DNA of 64,000 nt from Candidatus Latescibacterota bacterium (GTDB taxonomy: Bacteria > Krumholzibacteriota > Krumholzibacteriia > LZORAL124-64-63), in NCBI GenBank assembly GCA_030658975.1, contig JAUSBL010000105.1, positions 10,971 through 74,970 of the forward strand. The letters are read 5' to 3'. A program made the translations under genes and the position numbers. Numbering within the stretch: the stretch's first letter is position 1; each line of letters starts with the position of its first letter. Positions 19,016 through 28,186 of the stretch are shown in pieces. Below the pieces are notes generated by a model. The model worked only from the letters and a program-made list of their open reading frames with translations, searched no databases and was not told where the DNA came from.

Positions 19016-20185
19016 ATGAGCGGGTATGCGATCCGGCGCCTCGAGGATCCCGCCGAAATATTACAGTTGAAGGACGACTGGGATCGGCTCTACCTGGCCA
19101 ACCCCCGCCTGACGCATTTCCAGTCGTTCGCCTGGAACAGCGGCCTGGTCGCGCGGCGGGCCTTCCATGGCGCGCTGCGGGTCTACCTGCTGTACCGGGA
19201 CGGCCGGCTGGTCCTGATCGCGCCGCTGGCGCAGGTGCGGCGCGGCGCCGTCGCCGAGCTGGTGTTCATCGGGCACGACACGCACGCCGACTACCTGGAC
19301 TTCATCTATGACGACCTGCAGGCGCAGGACCTCGACCATCTGGTGCTCCGGATCAGGAGCGACGCCGCCGCCGGCGTCGTCACGCTCGCGTTCATGCACC
19401 AGGGCGGCCGCGCCGCCGTCCTGCTGGGGGAGAGCGGGCTCGCGCGCGGGCGGGTCGCCTCGCCGTGCTTCTCCATCGACCTGGCTGGCGGTGTGGACGA
19501 CTACAAGGCCCGGCTCGGCAAGAGCACCCGCAAGGAGATCAACGCCGGCACCAACCGGCTCGCCCGCGAGCACCCGGAACACCGGTACGAGTTCACTCTG
19601 GGCCGGCAGCTGGAGCGCGACCGCATCCGCGGGCTGCTGCGTGCCTACCGGGAAAGGCTTGCCGACAAGCACCTGCGATTCCGCTTCAGCGAGGCGTACC
19701 TCGAGTTCCTGACGGACTACATCGCCGAGAGCCGCGACGTCTTCCTCGCCGAGCTGTACCTGCAAGAGGGCCTGGCGGCCTTCAACCTGGGCTTCGTCGG
19801 CAGGGACCGGGAGATCCACGTCCTGCTCGTGTCGAGCGACACCCGCTTCAAGCGCCTGAACGCCGGCAACCTGCTGCTCTACAACACGGTGTGCCACCTG
19901 ATCGGGACCGCGCGCGCCAGCGGGCCCGACGTCGCGTACTACGACCTCACCCGGGGCGCCGAGCTGTACAAGCTGAAGTACGGCGGTGCGCCGCACGACG
20001 TGCTGAGCTTCACGCTGGCGCAGAGCCCGCTCGTTTACGCGGTGTTCAACCTGCGGCCGGCCCTGGTCGGCTTCGCCAGGCGGGTGCTGCGATTCGCGGC
20101 TTCGCGGCCGTGGCGGGCGCGACGGGCTGCACCCGATCCCGCTGAAGACGAGAGCGGCCGCCCTCCCGAAGGAAGACGGCCGTGA
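19016..20185 (+). CDS. GNAT-fold acetyltransferase, CelD/BioF2-like (Acetyltransf_6/FemAB-like)
   Basis: Approximately 390 aa with the family pattern (FQSFAWN...LVLIAPL...LDFIY...NLLLYNTVC...GAELYKLKYG). Confidence 0.65.
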   Translation: MSGYAIRRLEDPAEILQLKDDWDRLYLANPRLTHFQSFAWNSGLVARRAFHGALRVYLLYRDGRLVLIAPLAQVRRGAVAELVFIGHDTHADYLDFIYDDLQAQDLDHLVLRIRSDAAAGVVTLAFMHQGGRAAVLLGESGLARGRVASPCFSIDLAGGVDDYKARLGKSTRKEINAGTNRLAREHPEHRYEFTLGRQLERDRIRGLLRAYRERLADKHLRFRFSEAYLEFLTDYIAESRDVFLAELYLQEGLAAFNLGFVGRDREIHVLLVSSDTRFKRLNAGNLLLYNTVCHLIGTARASGPDVAYYDLTRGAELYKLKYGGAPHDVLSFTLAQSPLVYAVFNLRPALVGFARRVLRFAASRPWRARRAAPDPAEDESGRPPEGRRP

Positions 20186-20201
20186 CCGAGGTCCCTCCCT
20201 A

Positions 20202-20969
20202 TCAACGATAGATCGCTTTGACCGCTCCCCAGGTGGCCGCCTCGTTCGCGACGGTGCCCGGCAGACCGCACTGGATGCGGATCGTCGCGGTCGTGCTGCC
20301 GGACATGCCGGCGAGAGGGCCGCCCGGGCTGCCGACGAAGTCGATCCGGTAGGTGATGTCGAAGAAGCTGTCGACGGCCCAGCCGCCCCCGCCGCCGCCC
20401 CCGACCATGGTGAGCGTGGTGTGGCCGGGACTGGGCATGCCGAAGCCGCCGCCCGCGGTGATCCGCAGCAGGTCGAAGTCGGGATCGCCGGGCGGCAGTT
20501 GCCCCTGCATCAGGTACAGGTCATGCGGGAACGACTGCACGGGTTCTCCGGGCAGACGCGGTCCCGCGTGGCACTCGTAGAAGATGTCGAAGAACGCCGG
20601 GCGGAAATAGCCGGCGAGCATGCCCGATCCCGTCATCTCCATGTGGATCGGGGCGTGGAACTGCTCGATCTCCCCGCCGAGCGTGCCGCCGGCCTGGTAT
20701 GTGATGTCGAAGAACGAGTCGATGATCGACTCGATCGCGATCGTCGTGCCGGGCGGCAGGCCGTCGATGATCATCATCGGCTGCAGCGTCACGTAGGCGC
20801 ACGGGTTGGGCGGATAGTCGATCGTGCCGGAGCCGTTGTCGGGCACGATGCATTCCGTGGGCGTCAGGGCGGCGGCGGGCGAGACCAGCAGGAGCGCGGC
20901 GGCGGCCAGGACCAGCGCGGCTTGCGCGCCGGCGGGCGGCGACCTGTACGACTTCATGATCCTCGTCAT
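20202..20969 (-). CDS. Secreted hypothetical protein with internal DSFFDITY repeats, a poly-Gly tract and a C-terminal ANEAAxWGxVKxxYR motif
   Basis: Signal peptide (MTRIMKSYRSPPAGAQAALVLAAAALLLVSPAAA). C-terminus TVANEAATWGAVKAIYR. An alternative start lies 12 nt downstream. Confidence 0.65.
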   Translation of the reverse strand: MTRIMKSYRSPPAGAQAALVLAAAALLLVSPAAALTPTECIVPDNGSGTIDYPPNPCAYVTLQPMMIIDGLPPGTTIAIESIIDSFFDITYQAGGTLGGEIEQFHAPIHMEMTGSGMLAGYFRPAFFDIFYECHAGPRLPGEPVQSFPHDLYLMQGQLPPGDPDFDLLRITAGGGFGMPSPGHTTLTMVGGGGGGGWAVDSFFDITYRIDFVGSPGGPLAGMSGSTTATIRIQCGLPGTVANEAATWGAVKAIYR

Positions 20970-21186
20970 GGTGAACCCCCGATTCGTGGTGTGGCGGGGG
21001 CGGCGCAACGACGCCGCACCCATCACCGGCGAACCGGACGTCCTTGTCGGGCGATGGTCGCCGGCAACATGGACGATTCTAGTCCCAATTGCAGGGCGAC
21101 CGTCAACGGTGTTAATCTGATACCGATACGGCATTTACCCCAGGATCAGCGGGGGCCTCGATCCGGCCCGAGGCGGCCGGAAACGG

Positions 21187-22701
21187 TCATTTCAGCATGA
21201 CGATCCGCTGCGTCTGACTTGCGCCCGCGGTCTCCAGCCGGACGAAATAGACGCCGCTGGCCGCCGTCGCGCCGTCGTCGCTGCTCCCGTCCCAGACCGC
21301 CAGGTGTTCGCCCGCCGCCAGGTCGTCGCGGCGCAGCGTGGCCACGCGCCGGCCGGCCAGGTCGTGGATGCTCAGGTCGATCGGGCCGCCGTCGCCCAGC
21401 GTGAAGCGGATGCTGGTCGCGGGGTTGAACGGGTTCGGTTCGGCCGGATGCAGGCGGGTGGTTCCCGCCATCGAGGGCGCGGCCGTCACGGTCCCCACGC
21501 TGAAGAGGTGCTCGACCGTCTGGCCCTGGAACGTGACGCGGAACTTCCAGACACCGTCGTCGCCGAAGGGCAGGTACCAGCCCCAGTACCACCACGACGC
21601 AACGTAGTGGGGGACGTTCAGCCATGCGGTCCATTCCTGCCAGACCGCGCCGTCCGGCTTCAGGATCTGATAGGTGCTGATCTGGTTCTGCAGTTGGTCG
21701 CGGTAGTAGGTGGCGAAGTAGACCGGATCGCCGGCCTGGAATTGGGTCTGCTCGTTGGTGATTTCGGTATTCGGGCAGCTCGGCCAAACGGGCGGCGCGG
21801 AGTGCGTGCGCAGGGCGTTGATCGCCGGGTCGTAGTAGGGGCGCTGGTCGGCCCACCAGCCGTCTTCGTTCAGCGAGTTGCAGGGGCCGCTCCAGGGATC
21901 GACCAGCTGGCCGAGGTTGTCGTGCAGCTCGAAGTGCAGGTGAGGGCCGGTGCTGTTGCCGCTGCTGCCCACGACGCCCAGGTACTCGCCCGCGGCCACC
22001 GCGTCGCCGACGATCTTGGCGGTGGTCGACCCGCTCTTCATGTGTCCGTACCAGGCGGTCGATCCGTCGTCGTGCTGCACGTAGACGGCGTTCCACTGGC
22101 CGCTGCCGAAACCGCAGTTGTGGTCGAAATGGCCGTCGTACTTGCCGACGATCACGCCGGAGGCCGCAGCGACGACCTCGACATCATCGTTGTCCATCTT
22201 CAGCCAGGAGAAGGGCCAGGTGAAGATATCGGTCCCCGAGTGGTTGTAGCCGCCGGACAGGTCGTAGGTGCGCGTGCCGCAGTTGTAGTCCAGCAGGTGG
22301 TTCGGGTAGGTCGCGTCCTGGTCCACGTAGTTCGAGATGCCGTGGTAGCCCGGATCGTCGAGGTGGGCGGCGGCCCGCAGCGGCCACTGCAGGAGCACGC
22401 CGGCGGCCTTGTCGACCGAGTCGGGCAGAAGCCCCTGCGCGCGCAGGGCCGCGATGTTCGCGGCCAGGTAGGATTCGATCTCGGCGCGCTGTTCGGGCGT
22501 GACGCAGGGCACGTCGCGGTCGCTCTCCCAGTAGCCGTGCGCCGCAGCGACCGGCGGGTCGGCGGGCGGTTGCCCCAGACCGGCGGCGTGATCCCGCGAC
22601 ACCTCGACGATGCGCGCCAGGGACGCCGGCGCCCAGCAGAGGGAGAGCAGGGCCAGCGCCAGCGGCAGCAAGCGCGGCGTGCGGTCGAAGCGGTGGGTCA
22701 T
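21187..22701 (-). CDS. M23 family metallopeptidase with a T9SS CTD
   Basis: Signal peptide. M23 HxxxD and HxH motifs (YNHSGTDI, GSSGNSTGPHLHFELHD). C-terminal AEPNPFNPATSIRFTL...GVYFVRLETAGASQTQRIVMLK. Confidence 0.85.
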   Translation of the reverse strand: MTHRFDRTPRLLPLALALLSLCWAPASLARIVEVSRDHAAGLGQPPADPPVAAAHGYWESDRDVPCVTPEQRAEIESYLAANIAALRAQGLLPDSVDKAAGVLLQWPLRAAAHLDDPGYHGISNYVDQDATYPNHLLDYNCGTRTYDLSGGYNHSGTDIFTWPFSWLKMDNDDVEVVAAASGVIVGKYDGHFDHNCGFGSGQWNAVYVQHDDGSTAWYGHMKSGSTTAKIVGDAVAAGEYLGVVGSSGNSTGPHLHFELHDNLGQLVDPWSGPCNSLNEDGWWADQRPYYDPAINALRTHSAPPVWPSCPNTEITNEQTQFQAGDPVYFATYYRDQLQNQISTYQILKPDGAVWQEWTAWLNVPHYVASWWYWGWYLPFGDDGVWKFRVTFQGQTVEHLFSVGTVTAAPSMAGTTRLHPAEPNPFNPATSIRFTLGDGGPIDLSIHDLAGRRVATLRRDDLAAGEHLAVWDGSSDDGATAASGVYFVRLETAGASQTQRIVMLK

Positions 22702-22933
22702 GGCGAGATCCCTTCGTGACGGCTTGCGAGTCCGAGACTGCCGCAAATGAAGTCCAATCATGTCCTATTTATCGCGGATTGACAAGAGGCAGCCCCCGCT
22801 GCGGGCCAGAGTGCCCGGATCGATGGTCGGCTGATATGCTATATTCAAAACCCACTGCGGCCGACGATCGGGGGTCATCGGCCGGAGTCTCGTCGCGATG
22901 CACGCTCACCAGCCGCCAACCAAGGAGCCGACC

Positions 22934-25150
22934 ATGCGCCGGGTGTATCGAGTCCGTTTCGACGCCGTGATCCGCCGCGCCGCCCTGCGCCTCTGCCTGC
23001 CGGCGATCCTGTTCATCGCCGCCGGCGCCTTCGCGCAGGACTGCCTCGACTACGCCGGACTGCCGCACGTGATGGGCAGCGTGAACGTCTACGGCGCGCG
23101 CGCAGTGGCCGTCGCGGGCGATCACGCCTACTTCGCCTGCGGCGAGTACGGCTTCAGGGTGGCGGACATCAGCGATCCCGCCTGGCCCCAGCTCGTCGCC
23201 TACCTGCCCACCGGCGACTGGGCCGACGACGTGGCCTACATCGCCGGCCACGCCTACGTCGCCGACCGCCAGGGGGGACTGAAGATCTACGACGTCTCCG
23301 ACCCGGCGGCGCCCGAACTGGTCCGCACCATCACGACCGGCAGCTACGTGTTCGGTGTCGCCGTCGCGGGGGACCGCGCCTATCTCGTGGACCACAACGG
23401 CCTCAAGGCCGTCGACATCACCGTGCCGGCCTCGGCCGCGGTGATCGGTTCGCTGCCGATCGCCGGCTACCCGGCCAAGATCGACGTGCAGGGCAACCTC
23501 GCCGGCATCGCCGCCGGCTCCTACGGGCTGGTCCTGGTCGACATCACCGACCCGACGGCGCCGGTCCTCCGGGGTTCGCTGCCGCTATCCGGCCACAATC
23601 CCGACGTCGACCTCGACGGGTCGCGGGCCTACCTGCTCGGCGACGTCGCCGGCCTGCGCGTGGTCGACATCTCGAACCCGGCGGCGCCCGCGCTCGTCGG
23701 CACCCTCGACGTCAACGAGGATTTCGTCTACGACCGCCGGCTGGAATGCCGCTGGCCCTTCGTCTACACCGTGCACGGACGCGGCATGAACATCATCGAC
23801 GTCACGGCGCCGACCGCGCCCGTGCTCGCCTGCAAGGTCGGCATCGGCGTCGGCGTCTTCGACGGCGAGGGGGCCTTCGGCGTCACGGTCACCGAGGGCA
23901 AGGCCTGGGTCGCGGCCGACGCCGGCGGCCTGCAGGTCGTGGACGTGGCGGATCCCTACGCCACGGCGTTGTCCGGAACCTGGACGTGCCCCGGTTCCGG
24001 TCCCACCGACCTCGCGATCCGCGACGGACTCGCCTACGTCACACACGGCGGCTCCGGGCTGCAGATCCTCGACCTGGCCGATCCCGATGCGCCGACGCTG
24101 GTGGGAGAGGTCGGGACCGACGACACCGCCTACCATGTCGCGCTCGCGGGCGACCACGCCGTGGTGACCGACAACTCGTTCAAGCTCTACATGATCGACG
24201 TGTCCGATCCCGCCGACCCCGCGGTCGTCGGCACGATGCCGCTGTACGACATCGTCAACGGCCTGGCCGTGGTCGGCGACTACGCCTACGTGTCGGTGAG
24301 CTGGACGGGGGTCCTGATCGTCGACATCTCCGACCCGGAGAACCCCACGCATGTCTCGACCGAGTGGACGATGTGGATGCCCGGCCAGATCGTCGCCGAG
24401 TACCCGCTGCTCTACGTCGCCGGCTGGAACCAGGGCCTCCACATCCTGGACGTGAGCGACCCGGCCAACCCCTATGTGGTCGGCAGCGACTGGGCCGGCG
24501 GTCAGCCGGGCGGCATCGCGCGCTACGACCACTTCGTGTTCATGGCCCGCGCCGGCGTCGGCCTGCAGGTGATCGACGTCGCCGACCCGTCGTCGCCAGC
24601 CTGGGTGCGCGACTACGTGCTGCCGGGCGACGCGACGAGCATGGCCGTGGACGGCGATCTGCTCTACGTGGCCAGCCCCTTCGCGGGCCTGCAGGTGCTC
24701 GACGTTTCCGACCCCTTCGCGCCGCGACTGATCGGCACTGGTGCGACCGGAGGCGAGCCGCGGTCGGTGGTGCTGGGGGCCGGCCGCGTGTACCAGGCCG
24801 CGGAGTGGGGCGCGCTGGAGATCTTCCTGCCGCAGTGCGCCGGCGGCACGCCGGTCGGCGAGACGCCCCTGGCGCGCGGCGGGCTGACGGCGTACCCGAA
24901 CCCCTTCAACCCGAGCACGACCATCTCCTTCTCGCTGGATGCGCCGGCGGCGGTCGAACTCGCGATCTACGACCTCGGCGGCCGGCGCGTGCGCGGGTTG
25001 CTCAACGGACCATTCGCGGCCGGCGCCCACGCGACGCCCTGGCGCGGCGACGACGATGCCGGCCGGGCGCTGCCCTCCGGGATCTACCTGGCGCGGCTGG
25101 TCGTGGGCGGCAGGCTGCAGTCGCACTGGAAGCTGTCGCTGGTGAGGTGA
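22934..25150 (+). CDS. LVIVD-repeat beta-propeller protein with a T9SS CTD (paralog of 3945..6173)
   Basis: AAGGAG RBS and signal peptide. Repeated AVAGDHAYxAxxxxGLxVxDISDPxxPxLVG units. C-terminal YPNPFNPSTTISFSL...GIYLARL...KLSLVR. Confidence 0.85.
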   Translation: MRRVYRVRFDAVIRRAALRLCLPAILFIAAGAFAQDCLDYAGLPHVMGSVNVYGARAVAVAGDHAYFACGEYGFRVADISDPAWPQLVAYLPTGDWADDVAYIAGHAYVADRQGGLKIYDVSDPAAPELVRTITTGSYVFGVAVAGDRAYLVDHNGLKAVDITVPASAAVIGSLPIAGYPAKIDVQGNLAGIAAGSYGLVLVDITDPTAPVLRGSLPLSGHNPDVDLDGSRAYLLGDVAGLRVVDISNPAAPALVGTLDVNEDFVYDRRLECRWPFVYTVHGRGMNIIDVTAPTAPVLACKVGIGVGVFDGEGAFGVTVTEGKAWVAADAGGLQVVDVADPYATALSGTWTCPGSGPTDLAIRDGLAYVTHGGSGLQILDLADPDAPTLVGEVGTDDTAYHVALAGDHAVVTDNSFKLYMIDVSDPADPAVVGTMPLYDIVNGLAVVGDYAYVSVSWTGVLIVDISDPENPTHVSTEWTMWMPGQIVAEYPLLYVAGWNQGLHILDVSDPANPYVVGSDWAGGQPGGIARYDHFVFMARAGVGLQVIDVADPSSPAWVRDYVLPGDATSMAVDGDLLYVASPFAGLQVLDVSDPFAPRLIGTGATGGEPRSVVLGAGRVYQAAEWGALEIFLPQCAGGTPVGETPLARGGLTAYPNPFNPSTTISFSLDAPAAVELAIYDLGGRRVRGLLNGPFAAGAHATPWRGDDDAGRALPSGIYLARLVVGGRLQSHWKLSLVR

Positions 25151-25206
25151 GCGCGCAGCGGATCCGGCTCGGACCAGCGGGCGACCCGTTGTGTTATCAT
25201 CGGGCC

Positions 25207-25959
25207 ATGAGGACACTCATGGTCATGTGGTTGCTGATGCTCCTCAGCCCGGAGCCCGCCGTGCCCGAGCCGCACCGCCCCGCGCCCGATTCCCGCGCCG
25301 CCGACCGTCGCGCCATGGTCGAGGAAGTCGCCCGCTACGACCGCCTCGCTTCCGCCGAGATGGGCCGCCCCGCGCTGTCCCCCGCGGTGCTCGCGGCCCT
25401 GGGCCGCGCGCCCCGCCACCTTTTCGTGCCCGCCGATCTGCAGTCCGTCGCCTACGCCAACAACCCCCTGCCCATCGGGCACGACCAGACCATCAGCCAG
25501 CCCTACATCGTGGCCCTGATGACCGAACTGCTGGAGACTTCGCCCGGCGACACGGTGCTGGAGGTGGGTACGGGCTCGGGCTACCAGGCCGCCGTGCTGG
25601 CGGAGATGGGCGTGGTCGTGCACAGCATCGAGATCGTCCCGGCCCTGGCCCGGCGCGCCCGCCGGGACCTGGCCGCCGCCGGCTACGCCGGCAGTGTCAT
25701 CGTCTACGAGGGCGACGGCTACGCCGGTCTGCCCGACCTGGCGCCCTTCGACGGCGTGATCGTCACCGCGGCGCCCGACCACGTGCCCGAACCCCTGCTC
25801 GAACAGCTCGCGTCCGGCGGCCGCCTGGTGATCCCGGTGGGAACGGCGGGCGGCCATCAGGAGCTGCTGGCGCTGACCAAGAGCGCGGACGGAGCGGTGC
25901 ACCGCGAGCGGGTGACCGCTGTGCGGTTCGTGCCGCTGACGCGGGAGGAAGATCGATGA
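25207..25959 (+). CDS. pcm: Protein-L-isoaspartate O-methyltransferase with an N-terminal signal-peptide-like extension
   Basis: Canonical Pcm core (QTISQPYIVALMTELLE, LEVGTGSGYQAAVLA, GGRLVIPVG). The start is either 25207 (hydrophobic MRTLMVMWLLMLL extension) or 25315 (MVEEV); neither has a strong RBS. Confidence 0.8.
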   Translation: MRTLMVMWLLMLLSPEPAVPEPHRPAPDSRAADRRAMVEEVARYDRLASAEMGRPALSPAVLAALGRAPRHLFVPADLQSVAYANNPLPIGHDQTISQPYIVALMTELLETSPGDTVLEVGTGSGYQAAVLAEMGVVVHSIEIVPALARRARRDLAAAGYAGSVIVYEGDGYAGLPDLAPFDGVIVTAAPDHVPEPLLEQLASGGRLVIPVGTAGGHQELLALTKSADGAVHRERVTAVRFVPLTREEDR

Positions 25960-25993
25960 TCGCTATTCCGATACCCTTGTAGGAGGTCTCACC

Positions 25994-27061
25994 ATGAATC
26001 GACGGTCGTATCTCGGTGGCGCTGCGTGCGTGCTCGCTGTTTTCGTGCTCCTGACCTGTTGCGGTCCGGTCCGGGCCGAACTCATCGTCGACGGCGGGTT
26101 CGAAGCGGGAACGCCGGAATTGAGCCTGCCCGACGTGTTCTTGATCTGGGCGGGGGATCGCACCGCCACAGTCCCGGCGATGAGCGGGATCACGCCCGCC
26201 GAGGGCGTCCGGATGCTGCAGTTCATCAACACGAGCTGGACCCAGCAGGGCGCGAGCGGCGCCACGAGCAGCGACCTGTGGCAACTGGTCGACGCCGCGC
26301 CGTTGCGCGGGCAGAACCTGTTGCTGAGCGCCCGCTTCAACCGGGTGCAGGTCGACGCCCAGACGGACACGCGTTTCGCGCTGAACATCTACGCCTTTAC
26401 GGGCGCTCCAGCGAGTTTCGACAATAACGATCCGAACCTGCCGGCGAGCATCGGTCACGAGAACGCCCAACTCCTGAGCGACGCAGACCCGGCGACCTGG
26501 GAAACGGTCGCCATCGATTTCGCGGTGCCGGCGAACGCCGACTACCTCGGCGTCTCGGTGTCGGCCGCCGAGAACATCCACAACGACTCCTCGGGCACCG
26601 AACTGGACGGGCATTTCGCCGACGCGGTCGAGCTCGGCGTCGACTGCAACGGCAACGGGGTCTTCGACGCCGTGGAGATCGCCGGCCACCCCAGCCTGGA
26701 CTGGAACGGCGATGGCGTCATCGACAACTGCCAGCAGGGGATGGGTGTCGTCGGCGCGCCGTCCGCAAACTCCGGCCGCGACCGCGTCACACTGTGCGGC
26801 GCCAGCCCGAATCCCTTCAACCCGGTCACGACCTTGGCCTTCGACCTGCCTCGCCCGATGGTCGTGTCGCTGCGCGTGTACGACGTGTCGGGCCGATTGG
26901 TGGCCGGCCTGCTGGACGGCGAAACCGCGCGGCAGGGCCGCAACGAGGTCGCGTGGCGGGGGCGGGACGCGGCGGGCCGGGCGGTGCCGTCGGGGGTCTA
27001 CTTCTATCGTCTCGAGGCGGAAGGGAACGCCGCGGTCGGGCGCATGACCCTCTTGGAGTAG
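25994..27061 (+). CDS. Secreted hypothetical protein with a T9SS CTD
   Basis: GGAGGT RBS and signal peptide. Dockerin/EF-hand-like segment CNGNGVFDAVEIAGHPSLDWNGDGVIDNC. C-terminal ASPNPFNPVTTLAFDL...GVYFYRLEAEG...RMTLLE. Confidence 0.75.
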   Translation: MNRRSYLGGAACVLAVFVLLTCCGPVRAELIVDGGFEAGTPELSLPDVFLIWAGDRTATVPAMSGITPAEGVRMLQFINTSWTQQGASGATSSDLWQLVDAAPLRGQNLLLSARFNRVQVDAQTDTRFALNIYAFTGAPASFDNNDPNLPASIGHENAQLLSDADPATWETVAIDFAVPANADYLGVSVSAAENIHNDSSGTELDGHFADAVELGVDCNGNGVFDAVEIAGHPSLDWNGDGVIDNCQQGMGVVGAPSANSGRDRVTLCGASPNPFNPVTTLAFDLPRPMVVSLRVYDVSGRLVAGLLDGETARQGRNEVAWRGRDAAGRAVPSGVYFYRLEAEGNAAVGRMTLLE

Positions 27062-27166
27062 ACCTGCCGCCGGAGGGCGATGAATCCCGTTGAGCATTCA
27101 TGACTTCAGTGATATGAAGATGCGTGTTCATCATATCGATGGTCCATCGTGGAAGGAGCTGCGGTC

Positions 27167-28105
27167 ATGAACCCTCGCGCTCTCGTGCTCGTCATCGCCG
27201 TTCTCGCGGCCTTAGCCGGCGGCGCCTCCGCCGCGGAACTGTCCAACCGCGGACCCTACGGCGAGTTCTTCTTCGACCCGGCCACGGGACTCACCTGGTG
27301 CGACCCCGACGTGCTGACGGGCACGGACCGCGCCGCGCTCGACGTCTTCGTCACCCGCAACTCGACCGGCTGGGCCTGGGCCACGAGCGCGCAGATCGAC
27401 GCGTTGCTGGGCAGCACGGCGCCGGCCGGGTCCGATCTCGTGGACGTCATGGGCGCTCCCCAGTTCATCGTGGGCGCCGGCGGGCCCCGCTGGATCGGCT
27501 ACTATGCGGGCACCTTACCCGATGGCTGGCTGATCCAGTCGGACACCGAGCCGTACGATGTCCTGTCCCAGTCCGGCGGCCAGGGCGGCGTCGAGGCCTG
27601 GGGCCCCGGCGGCTGGCTCGTCAACGCCGCCGACCCGACCACGCTGCCCCGCCTCGCGGATCAGGGCGCTCACCGGCAGCTCTTCCACGACGAGAGCTCG
27701 GGCCTGTACTGGTGCGACCCGTCCCTGTTCGTCGGGTTCACCCGCGACCAGGTGACGGACTGGCTGGCCGCCAATCCCGGCTGGCGCTGGGCCGCCGCCG
27801 CCGAGGTCGCGGCGCTGGTCGGCCAGCTGTCCGTGGGTGATGTCTCCCTGGTCGAAGTCATGGGCGCGCCGCAGTTCTGGGCGGGCGTCGGTGAGCCGCG
27901 CTGGATCGGCTACTACGAGCAGGCCGCCCAGCCCGACGGGCTGCTGCTGGAGGCCAACATCGAACCCTACTTCCACATCGTGACGAACTACGGCACCCAG
28001 TCGTCCGCGGCGGGCTGGAACCCCGGCGCCTGGGTCGTGACCGCGGGCGCGCCGACGGCTGCGGCGGAAGCGTCGTGGGGAGAGGTAAAGAGTATCTATA
28101 GGTGA
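27167..28105 (+). CDS. Secreted hypothetical protein built from two tandem approximately 150-aa repeats, ending in the ANEAAxWGxVKxxYR-type motif
   Basis: GGAAGGAG RBS and signal peptide. The two halves align (LTWCDPDVL...VMGAPQFIVGAGGPRWIGYY... and LYWCDPSLF...VMGAPQFWAGVGEPRWIGYY...). C-terminus AAAEASWGEVKSIYR. Confidence 0.7.
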   Translation: MNPRALVLVIAVLAALAGGASAAELSNRGPYGEFFFDPATGLTWCDPDVLTGTDRAALDVFVTRNSTGWAWATSAQIDALLGSTAPAGSDLVDVMGAPQFIVGAGGPRWIGYYAGTLPDGWLIQSDTEPYDVLSQSGGQGGVEAWGPGGWLVNAADPTTLPRLADQGAHRQLFHDESSGLYWCDPSLFVGFTRDQVTDWLAANPGWRWAAAAEVAALVGQLSVGDVSLVEVMGAPQFWAGVGEPRWIGYYEQAAQPDGLLLEANIEPYFHIVTNYGTQSSAAGWNPGAWVVTAGAPTAAAEASWGEVKSIYR

Positions 28106-28186
28106 GATCGCGCCCGTGGCGCGGGATGTGCGGGGCATCGCCGTTGCGGCCTTGCCCCGCGGCCCGCTTCTGGCTAGCCTGCCCCC

